A stretch of DNA of 64,000 nucleotides from Spirulina sp. (lineage in GTDB: Bacteria > Cyanobacteriota > Cyanobacteriia > Phormidesmidales > Phormidesmidaceae): the NCBI GenBank assembly GCA_044070495.1, contig JBIPSI010000005.1, positions 64,001 through 128,000 on the forward strand, written 5' to 3'. The notes under the pieces are model-generated. The model ran no database searches. It saw nothing but the letters and a program-made list of their open reading frames with translations, and had not been told where the DNA came from. Position 1 is the stretch's first letter. The number at the start of each line of letters is the position of its first letter. Below are positions 30,742-40,929 of this stretch, piece by piece. The position numbers were made by a program, and so were the translations under genes.

Positions 30742-30756
30742 TGACGATGATTTGCA
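30742..30756. promoter_or_regulatory. Putative Fur box
   Basis: TGACGAT-G-ATTTGCA matches the 7-1-7 TGATAAT-n-ATTATCA consensus at 10 of 14 positions, in an AT-rich patch upstream of futC. Confidence 0.55.
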
Positions 30757-30805
30757 TTAACCCCGCCGGGTCGTCCCATCCTCTTGCCAAGCGGTTTTGC
30801 CATGA

Positions 30806-31711
30806 CTAGGCGGCGACTTCCGCTGGAGGGACTGATTGATCCGTCATGGGCAGTAGGTCAATCGCCACGGTGTCGGCGGGCTGTGGCTGGAAGTGGTTCC
30901 ACTGCTCCAAATATTGGGCCAAATGCTGGTCTCCCGCCTCGATGTGTCGATGCAGCAGATCCCGTACGCGATCTTCTTCGACTTGGTGCTGTTCAGGGCT
31001 AAAAAAGCCCGCAAACAGGGCCGTCCGTAGCCACACCAGGTAGGTGGTGATGGCATCAAAGTGGTTGTATTCCACAATCGCCCGCAGGTTGCCCTCCACC
31101 CACAAATCCACCACGGTGCTGCCGTCGGTGCCCATCTTGCCGGGAATGCCCATGGCCGCTGCCAGTTCGTGGAGGGAGGGGGTGCCAATGCCCCAGCCGC
31201 TGACCAAATTTTTGATGTCGATGTGGGCCTCGGTGTGGCGGGCAAAGTAGTCAATCCCCTCCCAGGGTTTATCTGGGCGGTGACAAAAATCCTTGGCGGA
31301 AATGCCGGTGGCCATGCCCCGCTGGAGCAGAATGGGCAGGTCGGAGGTGTGGGAATTAAACCCCACCAACTGAGGCTTTTGCTGACCCACATAGCCCAGG
31401 AACGTGGCGATCAACTCCCCCTCCGCCATGGGCTGGTCGAGCTGTTTGGGCAGGGCCGTCAGCCGCAGCGTCACCTCGCCTTTGCGGGATTGCTCTCGAA
31501 TCACCGCCGCCACCGACACTACCCGACACAGAGCCGTTTTCAAGTAGGGCCGAGGTTTATCCTCCGTAGCCCCGCCGTTGTCCCACATCACCTGAAACAC
31601 CTCCCCATCGGGCAGGGTCTCCGGCAACCGATATACCCGCCGCCCCGAGGGCGCATCGGGCACCCATTCTAAGTCAAACGCACACACCCGCTGACCCACG
31701 GACTTAAACAC
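30806..31711 (-). CDS. PolB-related 3'-5' exonuclease (DEDD superfamily)
   Basis: AFDLEW, PQLVGFNS..SDLP, HIDI, YNHFDAITT; GTG 31711 preferred to the track start at 31882. Confidence 0.82.
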   Translation of the reverse strand: MFKSVGQRVCAFDLEWVPDAPSGRRVYRLPETLPDGEVFQVMWDNGGATEDKPRPYLKTALCRVVSVAAVIREQSRKGEVTLRLTALPKQLDQPMAEGELIATFLGYVGQQKPQLVGFNSHTSDLPILLQRGMATGISAKDFCHRPDKPWEGIDYFARHTEAHIDIKNLVSGWGIGTPSLHELAAAMGIPGKMGTDGSTVVDLWVEGNLRAIVEYNHFDAITTYLVWLRTALFAGFFSPEQHQVEEDRVRDLLHRHIEAGDQHLAQYLEQWNHFQPQPADTVAIDLLPMTDQSVPPAEVAA

Positions 31712-31945
31712 AGCGATCCCCCCTGAGTTAAATGCACAGCCTAGGAGCCCTGTAGACCCAATGGTGGTAGACCGGGTAGGCCACCACTGGGGTGATGGCT
31801 GCCCTACGCTCAATGGAAGATCTACAGAACCTTGCCCATAAGCTGCCCAAGGTTTAGTTCCCTGCCCCAAACCTCGGCTCACTTCCGTCAGTTGTCGTAG
31901 GTTGTGTTGAGATGTTTCTCGGATGTCTCTTTAGAAATCAGTCAG

Positions 31946-32506
31946 CTAGAAATCAGTCAGCTTGGTGATGAAGGGTTTAGCCAAAAAGAAACTAGCGATG
32001 GTTTTGGCGTCTACGGCTTCCCCGGCCATAATGGCCTTTTCCAACTGGTCGGGGGTCATCAACACCACTTCTAGGTCTTCGTCTTCGTCGCCCTCCACCG
32101 CTTCCACGGGTTCTAGGTCGGTGGCCAGAAACGCGTAGATTAACTCATCGGAATAGCCTGGGGCGAGGGGAAAGGTGCCAATGGGCAGCCATGTGGTGGC
32201 GGCATAGCCCGTTTCCTCCTGAATTTCGCGACGAATGGTCTCTGCCGGGGATTCGTTAGGTTCGACGGTACCTGCGGGGAATTCCAGGAGTCGGCCCAGG
32301 AGGGCAAACCGATACTGCCGCAGCAAAATCAGACGACCATCGTCGGTGAGGGGCACTGCTAAGGCTCCTCCGGGGTGGCGGACGCACTCCCATTCCCCCT
32401 CCGCTTTATTAGGAAGTCGGAGACGATTAACCTCAAAGTTGAACTTACGGCCTTCGTAAAATAAGCGCCGTCTTAGCAGTTGGGGAGGCTCTTGTCCGAG
32501 GGGCAT
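31946..32506 (-). CDS. NUDIX hydrolase (ADP-ribose pyrophosphatase-like)
   Basis: EFPAGTVE..ESPAETIRREIQEETG Nudix box. Confidence 0.92.
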   Translation of the reverse strand: MPLGQEPPQLLRRRLFYEGRKFNFEVNRLRLPNKAEGEWECVRHPGGALAVPLTDDGRLILLRQYRFALLGRLLEFPAGTVEPNESPAETIRREIQEETGYAATTWLPIGTFPLAPGYSDELIYAFLATDLEPVEAVEGDEDEDLEVVLMTPDQLEKAIMAGEAVDAKTIASFFLAKPFITKLTDF

Positions 32507-32804
32507 AGGGGTGCCTTAGGTGCGAGGTGATTAGGAGAATGGTCGAATTCCAGACTATTGTACCCGCCTAGCCCCAGCCTAACGAAAACCGAGTCTGGGC
32601 CTGGGGGCACGATCACGATAATATCGGAAAGGTCTGTGGAGGCTAAGTGAGTCGCCCATTTTCCCTAGAAAAGCGGTATCGGTCGCCGTCATACGTGATC
32701 AGTCCACCGACTGGATCGGGTAGCTCACGGGCCATAGCCTGGGTAATCTCCGCTGACAGCTTCGCAGGGTAGGGCGGTTCGGTAGTGGGTGAGTTAAGGT
32801 AGCG

Positions 32805-33704
32805 GTGGACGGTTTTTTGAATCTGAATAAACCCAGTCAGGTCACCTCCCACGACTGCGTGGCGACGGTGCGGCGGTTGTTGGGCACCTCGAAGGTGGGG
32901 CATGGCGGCACCCTTGATCCACTCGCGGAGGGGGTTCTGCCCTTGGCGGTAGGGCGGGCCACGCGGCTATTACCCTACCTAGCCTCAGACAAGGTCTACC
33001 GAGCCGTGATTCGCTTTGGTCTCACTACCACCACGGACGATCTAGAGGGCGATGTGCTGAGCCAGGGGCTAGCCACTGACCTAACCCTGGCGGCGGTTCA
33101 GGCGATCCTGCCAGCGTTTGTGGGTACCCTAGCCCAGGTTCCGCCTGCCTTTAGCGCCATTCAGGTGCAGGGTCAGCGTCTATACGACCTCGCCCGTCGC
33201 GGCCATGTGGTCATGCCACCTCCGCGCACGGTGGTCATCCATCGGCTCACGGTGCAGGGCTGGCAGGCGGGAGACTATCCTGAACTTACCCTAGATGTAG
33301 ATTGCGGCCCGGGCACCTATATTCGTGCCCTTGCCCGTGATCTGGGTCAGCAAGTCGGTACTGGCGCAACCCTGGCCCATCTTACCCGCACCCGCAGTAA
33401 TGGTTTTGACCTCGCCTCTAGTCTTTCCCTGGATCAGATACAACAGCAAATCGAGGCTCATACGTTCCAACTCCAGACCCCAGAATCGGCCCTAGAGCAC
33501 TTGCCTGCCCTACCCTTAGAGGCCGATCTAGCTCGTCGCTGGCAGCAGGGCCAAAAGCTCCCCCCTCCTACACTGCTCCCCATGGATCAGCCCTACCGTA
33601 TTTTGGCGGCGGAAACCGGAGATTTTCTAGGCATTGGTCAGATGGAGTATCGGGAGGATCGTCCCATCCTCAAGGCCAAGATGGTCTTTAAACCCTGGGC
33701 CTAG
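32805..33704 (+). CDS. truB: tRNA pseudouridine(55) synthase
   Basis: KVGHGGTLDPLAEGVL, QVPPAFSAI, CGPGTYIRALARDLG. Confidence 0.96.
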   Translation: MDGFLNLNKPSQVTSHDCVATVRRLLGTSKVGHGGTLDPLAEGVLPLAVGRATRLLPYLASDKVYRAVIRFGLTTTTDDLEGDVLSQGLATDLTLAAVQAILPAFVGTLAQVPPAFSAIQVQGQRLYDLARRGHVVMPPPRTVVIHRLTVQGWQAGDYPELTLDVDCGPGTYIRALARDLGQQVGTGATLAHLTRTRSNGFDLASSLSLDQIQQQIEAHTFQLQTPESALEHLPALPLEADLARRWQQGQKLPPPTLLPMDQPYRILAAETGDFLGIGQMEYREDRPILKAKMVFKPWA

Positions 33705-34195
33705 GGACAGAGGGTACCGGGTTCGGCCCAGGTAAACTCTGGCCTTGCACAGCCGAAGCGTTGCCCTGCTTGGTCTAAGGCCCAGCCCGTCTCGGTGAGG
33801 ACTAGATCAATGCGTTGCTCAATGGCGGCCACCGAATCATCACACAGACCCACTTGGGTGGCGAGAACGGCCATGCCCCCCTCGTCCAGAGCCTCCACCC
33901 GCACCTGGGAGACCCGAAAGCACTCCAGGGTTTCGGGTTCAGTTAGGAGCGATTGCGCCAAACTAAAGGGAGTTAATTCTCCCGTTGGCAGGTCAAAGCT
34001 GGCGTCATCCAATACCTCGTATACCTCCCAGCCTGGAAGGTAGGGGGGCAGGGAAGCGGTTGACGCTTCTGGAGAGGAGGAAGCGGTGGTGGGAACCGAA
34101 CAAGCCGCAGCCACGGTGGCCAAAGCAGCCAACCCTAACCAGCCTGTCAAACGACTTCTAAACACTGTCATCATGATGTTATGCCTCACAATCAT
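33701..34195 (-). CDS. Hypothetical lipoprotein
   Basis: Lipobox VAAAC after a hydrophobic stretch; LCDDSVAA motif; start uncertain. Confidence 0.65.
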   Translation of the reverse strand: MIVRHNIMMTVFRSRLTGWLGLAALATVAAACSVPTTASSSPEASTASLPPYLPGWEVYEVLDDASFDLPTGELTPFSLAQSLLTEPETLECFRVSQVRVEALDEGGMAVLATQVGLCDDSVAAIEQRIDLVLTETGWALDQAGQRFGCARPEFTWAEPGTLCP

Positions 34196-34349
34196 GCGGT
34201 TACTGAATTAAACGCTCCTGAATCAGAGACTTCTGAAATTAGACCTCTCTGCATCCAGCCTGTCGGAAGCAAACGGCGGCTGAACCCAAGAGCGGCTCGG
34301 CCCAACCGTTTTTGAACCCCAGCGTCCCCCCAGCCAAGCCCGAACCACC

Positions 34350-34742
34350 ATGAATATATTGGAACAACTGCGCCAAGATTATCAGCGCTTTCCCCACCAG
34401 CAGAGCTATCACCTCTACGCCGAGGATGTGTATTTTAAGGATCCCCTGAATGAGTTTCGTGGCCTCCAGCGCTATCAGCAGATGATTGGTTTCATGTCCC
34501 GTTGGTTCCAAGCCATTGACCTACAACTCCACGCCATTGAATACGTCGATTCCCACCAGATCCACACCCGCTGGACCCTGAACTGGGTAGCGCCCCTGCC
34601 CTGGCAACCCGCCATGGGCATTCCCGGACACAGCTACCTTACCCTCAACGACGAGGGCAAAATTGTTGCTCACATTGACACCTGGGATTGCTCCCGCTGG
34701 GCCGTCCTACAACAGGTATTTAGCACCGGGTTGCCTGCCTAG
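34350..34742 (+). CDS. DUF2358 / SnoaL-like (NTF2 fold) protein
   Basis: YAEDVYFKDPLNEFRG, RWTL, HIDTWD. Confidence 0.85.
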   Translation: MNILEQLRQDYQRFPHQQSYHLYAEDVYFKDPLNEFRGLQRYQQMIGFMSRWFQAIDLQLHAIEYVDSHQIHTRWTLNWVAPLPWQPAMGIPGHSYLTLNDEGKIVAHIDTWDCSRWAVLQQVFSTGLPA

Positions 34743-34882
34743 CTTGACTGATGTTGAATGGGCTAGGTTCCTACATCAGCAAGAACTCGCCAGAAAACTA
34801 GGTGCTGCTGCGGATGGGTCGTTGGCCTAGGCCACAGAAACCACCCTGTTCAGCCACCAGGGTATGGGCCGTAGACCAACAT

Positions 34883-34910
34883 AAAGCCGCCCAGTTTCCC
34901 AGGCGGCTTT
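34883..34910. terminator. Hairpin terminator between the convergent DUF2358 gene and psaL
   Basis: AAAGCCGCC / GGCGGCTTT inverted repeat. Confidence 0.65.
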
Positions 34911-34980
34911 GGCATTGTCATGGATGACTCCTACGGAGCTTAGACGTCAAGTCAGCATCCATTGGGTTAAGTCGGGTGAA

Positions 34981-35466
34981 CTAGCTATGGCCACCGCTGA
35001 CCAGACCAGTCAGCATGGGCATGTTGGCCGCGAGCAGGTAGGCAAAGGTTGCGCCGCCAATGCCGCCGATCAAAAAGCTACCCGCAAATTCGCTCCAGCC
35101 TTCGTTGGTGTCGAAACCAGCGGGAGGGGTAAAAGGTGCAGTGGCCTTGGTGACGGCGGGGTTGATGCCAGCCCCAGAGTAGATGGACAGGCAAGCGGTG
35201 AGGATCACCACCAGGGCCGCCGCACCCAGCAGGCCAGCCAGACCGGGGATATCCGAATCGCGCAGGGGGCCGAGCAGGGCAAAGGGGCCGTAGAGCAGAT
35301 AGCCGTGGGCCATACCAATTTCTAGGCCACGACGCTGGGGAGACAGACCAGCCCGGTAGGCGGGCAGGTTGCCGATGAAGGCTTTGGTAAAGGCCGAGGA
35401 GTTGATCGGCGTTTCGAGGTTGCCGATTTGGGGATCGCCAAATGCGGGCTTAATCACATCGGACAT
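34981..35466 (-). CDS. psaL: Photosystem I subunit XI
   Basis: DPQIGNLETPINSS, NLPAYR.GLS..RRGLEIGMAHGY. Confidence 0.96.
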   Translation of the reverse strand: MSDVIKPAFGDPQIGNLETPINSSAFTKAFIGNLPAYRAGLSPQRRGLEIGMAHGYLLYGPFALLGPLRDSDIPGLAGLLGAAALVVILTACLSIYSGAGINPAVTKATAPFTPPAGFDTNEGWSEFAGSFLIGGIGGATFAYLLAANMPMLTGLVSGGHS

Positions 35467-35681
35467 AGGATGTTGTTCTCCAACTCAAACAGGTATCACA
35501 GCAATAAAAGTGACTGTTTATTTAGCTCTGGTCGGTATCGCTGGGCGATGGGAATCGCTAGGCGATAGGGACAGTCTTGAACCTCATGAAACAGTCACTC
35601 AGACCTTGGAACAGCTTAGGGAAAATTGGCTGAAACACAGCTTGAGGGCAGCGTTAGCCAACTCCGTGACTCGAACTACCC

Positions 35682-35804
35682 CTAGGGATGGAGCAGCAGG
35701 TCGGGGAAGAAGCGGTTGAACTCGATGATGATGCCAGCGGTGATCACCATCCAAACGGTGGCCAGCACCGGAGCCGTAGACAGATACTTGAGCAGGTTAT
35801 CCAT
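35682..35804 (-). CDS. psaJ: Photosystem I subunit IX
   Basis: Hand translation [40 protein letters not shown]; lies between psaF and psaL. Confidence 0.96.
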   Translation of the reverse strand: MDNLLKYLSTAPVLATVWMVITAGIIIEFNRFFPDLLLHP

Positions 35805-35852
35805 GGAACGTTCTCCTGAACAGAAAGGGAAACATCAAGACGCTAGGGCAAC

Positions 35853-36353
35853 CTAGCGAGGGGAAACGGTGATCTCGTCGTCGCTGGCGAACATTTCGCC
35901 ACTGGCAATATCCTTGAAGGCAGCCAGGGGCCATGCAAAGCCAGTCAGAGAGCACTTGATCGCCAGAGGCACATCGATGATGATCTCTTTCTCTTCAGAG
36001 TTCTTCTCGCCACGTACGGCGATTAGGTAAGAACGACCAACCCAGCCAATCCAACCTGCAATGTACAGGAAGAGGAGGCTAGGAATCAGGAATTCCCCAG
36101 CGTGGGACAGATCGCCGTCCACCACCAGGTGGGGTAGGCCATCATCACCGCACAGCAGGGTGGAGTGACCATAGAGGTCAAACCGAGCTTTATCCTTGTC
36201 CGTCGTAGCGGTAGCAGCCCGCTTTAGGAAGGCGGAATTTTGACCACAGGGGGTAAGACCCGACACGTTATCGCCAGCGATGCTAGCGGAGGCCGGGGCT
36301 GCAATCCCGAACCAGAGACAAATGACCAGAGCTACAGCAAAAAACCGTCGCAT
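35853..36353 (-). CDS. psaF: Photosystem I subunit III
   Basis: Signal peptide, [34 protein letters not shown]. Confidence 0.97.
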   Translation of the reverse strand: MRRFFAVALVICLWFGIAAPASASIAGDNVSGLTPCGQNSAFLKRAATATTDKDKARFDLYGHSTLLCGDDGLPHLVVDGDLSHAGEFLIPSLLFLYIAGWIGWVGRSYLIAVRGEKNSEEKEIIIDVPLAIKCSLTGFAWPLAAFKDIASGEMFASDDEITVSPR

Positions 36354-36533
36354 AAACTGTTCCTTTTAATGACCTAAGAAACTGGGGCGATTCGAACGAA
36401 CGTTAAGTTTTTTGTACAAAAATTCACCCAACTTGGAGGCCATAATACCCCGCCGCCGAAACAGCGTAAAGCTAAGATCGGTAGGGTGTTTACATCTCTA
36501 CAAATTTCCTCAAACGTTACGTCCCTTAACCCA

Positions 36534-37580
36534 ATGGCCACGATTTTAGCGCTCGAAACCAGTTGTGACGAAACGGCGGTGGCAATTGTCCGCGACCGCA
36601 CCATCCTCAGCAGCGTCGTCTCCTCCCAAATCGACATCCACCAACGCTACGGCGGCATCGTGCCAGAAGTAGCCTCCCGTCAGCACGTCCTTACCCTAGG
36701 ATCCGAGCTAGAGGCCGCACTGGATAAAGCAGGGCTGGACTGGAACGAGATCGATGGCATTGCCGCGACCAGTTCCCCTGGCCTGGTCGGCGCACTGATG
36801 GTGGGCCTCACGACGGGTAAAACCCTGGCTATGGTTCACAACAAGCCGTTTTTAGGCGTCCATCATCTAGAGGGGCACATTTACGCCAACTATCTGGCTC
36901 AGCCCGACCTTCAGCCGCCTTACCTTTGCCTCCTAGTCTCTGGCGGACACACCAGTTTGATTGGCGTGCAGGACTGCGGCAACTACAAAACCCTAGGCCA
37001 AACCCGCGACGATGCAGCGGGGGAAGCCTTCGACAAAGTGGCGCGATTATTAGGACTGGGGTACCCCGGTGGGCCAGTGATTGATCGCCTTGCTAAGGAA
37101 GGTAACGATAAAGCCTTTCCTCTCCCAGAGGGCAACATTTCGTTACCAGAGGGGGGCTTCCATCCCTACGACTCCAGCTTCAGCGGTCTAAAAACGGCGG
37201 TGCTGCGGCTGGTGGAAAAACTGCGGGCGGAGGGTGTCGATCCCTTGCCTGTGGAGGACTTGGCGGCGAGTTTTCAGGCCACGGTGGCCAAAAGCCTAAC
37301 TAAGCGGGCGATGAACTGTGCCCGTGACCACGGCTTTACCACCATCGCTGTCGGCGGCGGTGTTGCAGCCAATAGTGCCCTGCGCCAGCATCTCCAGAAA
37401 GCGGCTGAAGCCCACAATCTGCGAGTGCTCTTTCCGCCGCTCAGCCTTTGCACCGACAACGCCGCCATGATTGCCTGCGCCGCCGCCGACCACTTCAACC
37501 GAGGTCACCGCTCCACCCTTGGCCTCAGCGCCCAATCTCGCCTAGACCTGGCACGGGTGATGGAGTTATATATCCGCTAG
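36534..37580 (+). CDS. tsaD: tRNA N6-threonylcarbamoyladenosine synthase TsaD
   Basis: [40 protein letters not shown]. Confidence 0.96.
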   Translation: MATILALETSCDETAVAIVRDRTILSSVVSSQIDIHQRYGGIVPEVASRQHVLTLGSELEAALDKAGLDWNEIDGIAATSSPGLVGALMVGLTTGKTLAMVHNKPFLGVHHLEGHIYANYLAQPDLQPPYLCLLVSGGHTSLIGVQDCGNYKTLGQTRDDAAGEAFDKVARLLGLGYPGGPVIDRLAKEGNDKAFPLPEGNISLPEGGFHPYDSSFSGLKTAVLRLVEKLRAEGVDPLPVEDLAASFQATVAKSLTKRAMNCARDHGFTTIAVGGGVAANSALRQHLQKAAEAHNLRVLFPPLSLCTDNAAMIACAAADHFNRGHRSTLGLSAQSRLDLARVMELYIR

Positions 37581-37602
37581 GCACTGTGGCGATGATCTGA
37601 GG

Positions 37603-37863
37603 TTACTTACCGTCGAAATACTGATACCAAATCCAGTTCCCAACCACGTTTAACCCCAGGGCCACCCCACCCCCTAGCCAACCTAGGCTGGGGTCATAGC
37701 CCCCTCGGCTTAGGTTGGTCATCCACAGGTGGGTGCGGTCGTTGCCGAACAGCCCGTCGGCAATGGCCGGAAACAGGTACATCATCGCTGCCCCCACAAT
37801 TAGCCACCCCGCCATAGAAACAAGCAGAAAGATGGTTTTGGCGGTGGATTGTTGTCCAATCAT
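37603..37863 (-). CDS. Small hypothetical two-TM membrane protein
   Basis: Two hydrophobic segments, 86 aa. Confidence 0.7.
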   Translation of the reverse strand: MIGQQSTAKTIFLLVSMAGWLIVGAAMMYLFPAIADGLFGNDRTHLWMTNLSRGGYDPSLGWLGGGVALGLNVVGNWIWYQYFDGK

Positions 37864-37888
37864 GGGGGTATGGTTCGGATAGGGGGAT

Positions 37889-37952
37889 GGTGGGCAGTGC
37901 CCACCCTACATTTCTCAAAGTACCGTAGGGTGCCTTCGCGAAGCAATGCACC
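37889..37952. repeat. REP doublet (hairpin-CTAC ... GTAG-hairpin)
   Basis: GGTGGGCAGTGCCCACC-CTAC, then GTAG-GGTGC...GCACC. Confidence 0.7.
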
Positions 37953-38122
37953 ACCAAAGGAACTCGTCACCCAAGCAATTCACCCCAGCGAAGCACCACG
38001 CCGCTGCACAGCCGTACACCCCATTCCCCTGAACGCTAAAAACGCCCAGATCTCCAAGGAGAAGCTGGACGCTTTTAAGGCCGTTGTTCCTGGCTATTCA
38101 GGAATTGGCTCAGTCGTTGAGA

Positions 38123-38221
38123 TTAGTCCTTAGAAATGCGGGGGGGTTCGCGGAAGGCGATGGCAAAGAACAGGGTGCCAATGATGCAGGCAAAGATGAA
38201 GATGTAAGCGACAGCTTCCAT
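38123..38221 (-). CDS. psbT: Photosystem II protein T
   Basis: Hand translation MEAVAYIFIFACIIGTLFFAIAFREPPRISKD, downstream of psbB. Confidence 0.96.
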   Translation of the reverse strand: MEAVAYIFIFACIIGTLFFAIAFREPPRISKD

Positions 38222-38293
38222 GGTTAAAGAGCTCCTAATCTATCTATGGATAGTTTACAAGGATTTCAATGGGGTCGGTGCCCCCATCGCTTG

Positions 38294-38333
38294 AAAAGCC
38301 CGACTGATTTTGCAAAACGCTCACCAGTCGGGC
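38294..38333 (-). terminator. Hairpin/terminator between psbB and psbT
   Basis: GCCCGACTG / CAGTCGGGC stem followed by TTTT on the minus strand. Confidence 0.6.
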
Positions 38334-38374
38334 CATGGGCTAACCCTGCGGATTAGGCAAGGCTAGGGATGTCA

Positions 38375-39907
38375 CTAGACGCGCTCTTCGTTGCGGGTGC
38401 TGGTGTCGCCCACTTTTTGGAAGAAGCCCCACTCCACCTGTTCGGGGGAGAGGTCGGGGTCGATCCCGGCGAACACATCGCGGAACAGGGTACGAGACCC
38501 GTGCCAGATGTGGCCGAAGAAGAACAGCAGCGCGAAGACCGCGTGGCCGTAGGTGAACCAACCACGGGTGCTGGTGCGGAACACACCGTCAGAACCGAGG
38601 GTTTCGAGGTCAAACTCGAAGGGTTCGCCCAGTTGGGCCTTACGGGCATAGCGCTTCAGCAGGGTGGGATCGGTGATGGTTTGGCCATCCAGTTCACCGC
38701 CGTAGAAGGTGGCGGTCACACCCGTTTGCTCAAAGCTGTACTTAGACTCGGCCCGACGGAAGGGGATATCGGCGCGGATGATACCGTCCTTATCCACCAG
38801 AACCACGGGGAAGGTTTCAAAGAAGTTGGGCAGACGACGAACGCTGAGTTCGCGGCCTTCGCCATCCTTGAAGACGGGGTGTCCCAGCCAGCCCTGAGCC
38901 AGACCATCGCCTTGGTTCATGGGGCCAACCCGGAACAGACCACCCTTGGCAGGGCTGTTGCCCACGTAGTCGTAGAAGGCCAGTTTTTCGGGAATTTGAG
39001 CGTAGGCCGTAGCCAGGGTGCCGCCAGAGTTGACTTCAGCCTGCACCCGACGCTGAATTTCCTGCTGGAAGTAGTTGCTATCCCACTGATAGCGGGTGGG
39101 GCCAAACAGTTCGATGGGGGTGGCAGCGCTGCCGTACCACATGGTACCCGCCACCACGAAGGCAGCGAAGAACACAGCGGCGATACTGCTAGACAGCACC
39201 GTTTCAATGTTCCCCATCCGCAGAGCCTTATACAGACGCTGGGGAGGACGCACGGTGAGGTGGAACAGACCAGCAATAATCCCGACAATACCCGCCGCGA
39301 TGTGGTGGGCCACAATGCCGCCCGGATTGAAGGGGTTAAAGCCCGCCGCACCCCACTCAGGGGCAACGCCCTGAACGTGGCCCGTTAGACCGTAGGGGTC
39401 AGACACCCACATCCCAGGCCCCCAGAGACCCGTGAGGTGGAATGCCCCAAAGCCGAAGCAGAGAAGACCGGACAAAAATAGGTGAATCCCAAACATCTTG
39501 GGCAGATCCAGAGCCGGTTCCCCGGTGCGGGGGTCGCGGAACAGATCGAGATCCCAGAAGACCCAGTGCCAGCAGGCCGCCAGGAACAGCAGACCCGACA
39601 GCACGATGTGAGCCGCCGCCACGCCTTCAAAAGACCAGAAACCAGGGTTCACAGCGGTTGCGCCCGTGACGCTCCAGCCGCCCCAGGATTCAGTCACGCC
39701 GAGACGCGCCATGAAGGGCAGCACGAACATGCCCTGCCGCCACATGGGGTTAAGAACGGGGTCGCTAGGATCAAACGTAGCTAGCTCGAACAAAGCCATC
39801 GAGCCAGCCCAACCAGCCACAAGGGCCGTATGCATTAGGTGTACAGCAATCAGTCGCCCGGGATCATTGATGACGACGGTGTGTACCCGGTACCAGGGTA
39901 GTCCCAT
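38375..39907 (-). CDS. psbB: Photosystem II CP47 chlorophyll apoprotein
   Basis: [22 protein letters not shown]...[20 protein letters not shown]. Confidence 0.99.
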   Translation of the reverse strand: MGLPWYRVHTVVINDPGRLIAVHLMHTALVAGWAGSMALFELATFDPSDPVLNPMWRQGMFVLPFMARLGVTESWGGWSVTGATAVNPGFWSFEGVAAAHIVLSGLLFLAACWHWVFWDLDLFRDPRTGEPALDLPKMFGIHLFLSGLLCFGFGAFHLTGLWGPGMWVSDPYGLTGHVQGVAPEWGAAGFNPFNPGGIVAHHIAAGIVGIIAGLFHLTVRPPQRLYKALRMGNIETVLSSSIAAVFFAAFVVAGTMWYGSAATPIELFGPTRYQWDSNYFQQEIQRRVQAEVNSGGTLATAYAQIPEKLAFYDYVGNSPAKGGLFRVGPMNQGDGLAQGWLGHPVFKDGEGRELSVRRLPNFFETFPVVLVDKDGIIRADIPFRRAESKYSFEQTGVTATFYGGELDGQTITDPTLLKRYARKAQLGEPFEFDLETLGSDGVFRTSTRGWFTYGHAVFALLFFFGHIWHGSRTLFRDVFAGIDPDLSPEQVEWGFFQKVGDTSTRNEERV

Positions 39908-40263
39908 TGACTACTCTCCTCCTCTAGGTAAAACAGTGAATGTTTTGGAAGTTGTCTTAACCATGCCAGATACTGATAAGCCTATCAGATAGGGCTACCA
40001 GATCCCTCACAGCATCCCCATCTCAGCGCCAATCCCTGGACTTGGCCAGGGCGACTGGGGGATAGAAATTCATTTGGTACAGATCAGATGTAACAATGAA
40101 ATTGCTTAAAGAAGTGTAACTACTTCAAATGCCCCCCGCAAGCTCATTTGACGCCAATCTGAGCCTCAAATGGAGCTTGGAACAACCGGGGAAAGCCGCC
40201 TAAAGCCCAGCAAACATAAGCTTTAGTCTAAAAACGGACGCCAACGTGAAGGAGTGTGACCCA

Positions 40264-40566
40264 ATGGCTACCATTAAGTTTCTTAACGAAGACCAAGAGA
40301 TCATCGTGGCCGATGGGGCGAACCTGCGGTTCAAGGCGCTGGAGAATCGTATTGATCTATACACCTTCAGCGGCAAGCTGATGAACTGCGGCGGCTATGG
40401 CCAATGCGGCACCTGCATTGTGGATGTGGTGGAGGGCGGCGAGAACCTCTCCCCCCGGACAGCAGTGGAGGAGCGCAAGTTGAAGAAGTGGCCTAGCACC
40501 TGCCGCCTCGCCTGCCAAGCTACGGTGAATGGCTCCGTGACCGTCGTCACCAAGCCCAAACGTTAG
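40264..40566 (+). CDS. 2Fe-2S ferredoxin family protein
   Basis: [10 protein letters not shown]...RLACQ; usual psbB-ferredoxin-psbM neighbourhood. Confidence 0.92.
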   Translation: MATIKFLNEDQEIIVADGANLRFKALENRIDLYTFSGKLMNCGGYGQCGTCIVDVVEGGENLSPRTAVEERKLKKWPSTCRLACQATVNGSVTVVTKPKR

Positions 40567-40704
40567 GCCAAGTAGGGGCAAGGTCTCCTCGTCCACTTGT
40601 CGTTGTGGTTCTATTTTTCCTGGCGGAGAGAGTGATATTCTAAAGGCGTTATAGATGATCGCCTGGTCGAGCATCCCGTTGGTTGAGAGTAGAGGCAAGC
40701 GCTC

Positions 40705-40815
40705 ATGGAAGTTAACAAGCTCGGTTTTGTGGCCAGCATTCTCTTTGTGTTGGTGCCCACGGTGTTCCTGCTAATTCTGTATATCCAAACCTCCAGCAAG
40801 CAAACCGGGGCTTAA
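40705..40815 (+). CDS. psbM: Photosystem II protein M
   Basis: Hand translation [36 protein letters not shown]. Confidence 0.95.
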   Translation: MEVNKLGFVASILFVLVPTVFLLILYIQTSSKQTGA

Positions 40816-40929
40816 TCCTGGCATGGCGGGTTGGATCAACCAGACCACTCAGGTTATCCGGTGATAGTACAAAGAGCGCTGGCGGTTGTCAGCGCTTTTT
40901 TTAAGGAGTACGGAACCATCGTAGGCGCT

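Noticed and set aside
38369..39388. 339-aa ORF on the + strand
   Set aside because: Antisense shadow of psbB caused by codon bias; the many other overlapping track ORFs were dismissed for the same reason.
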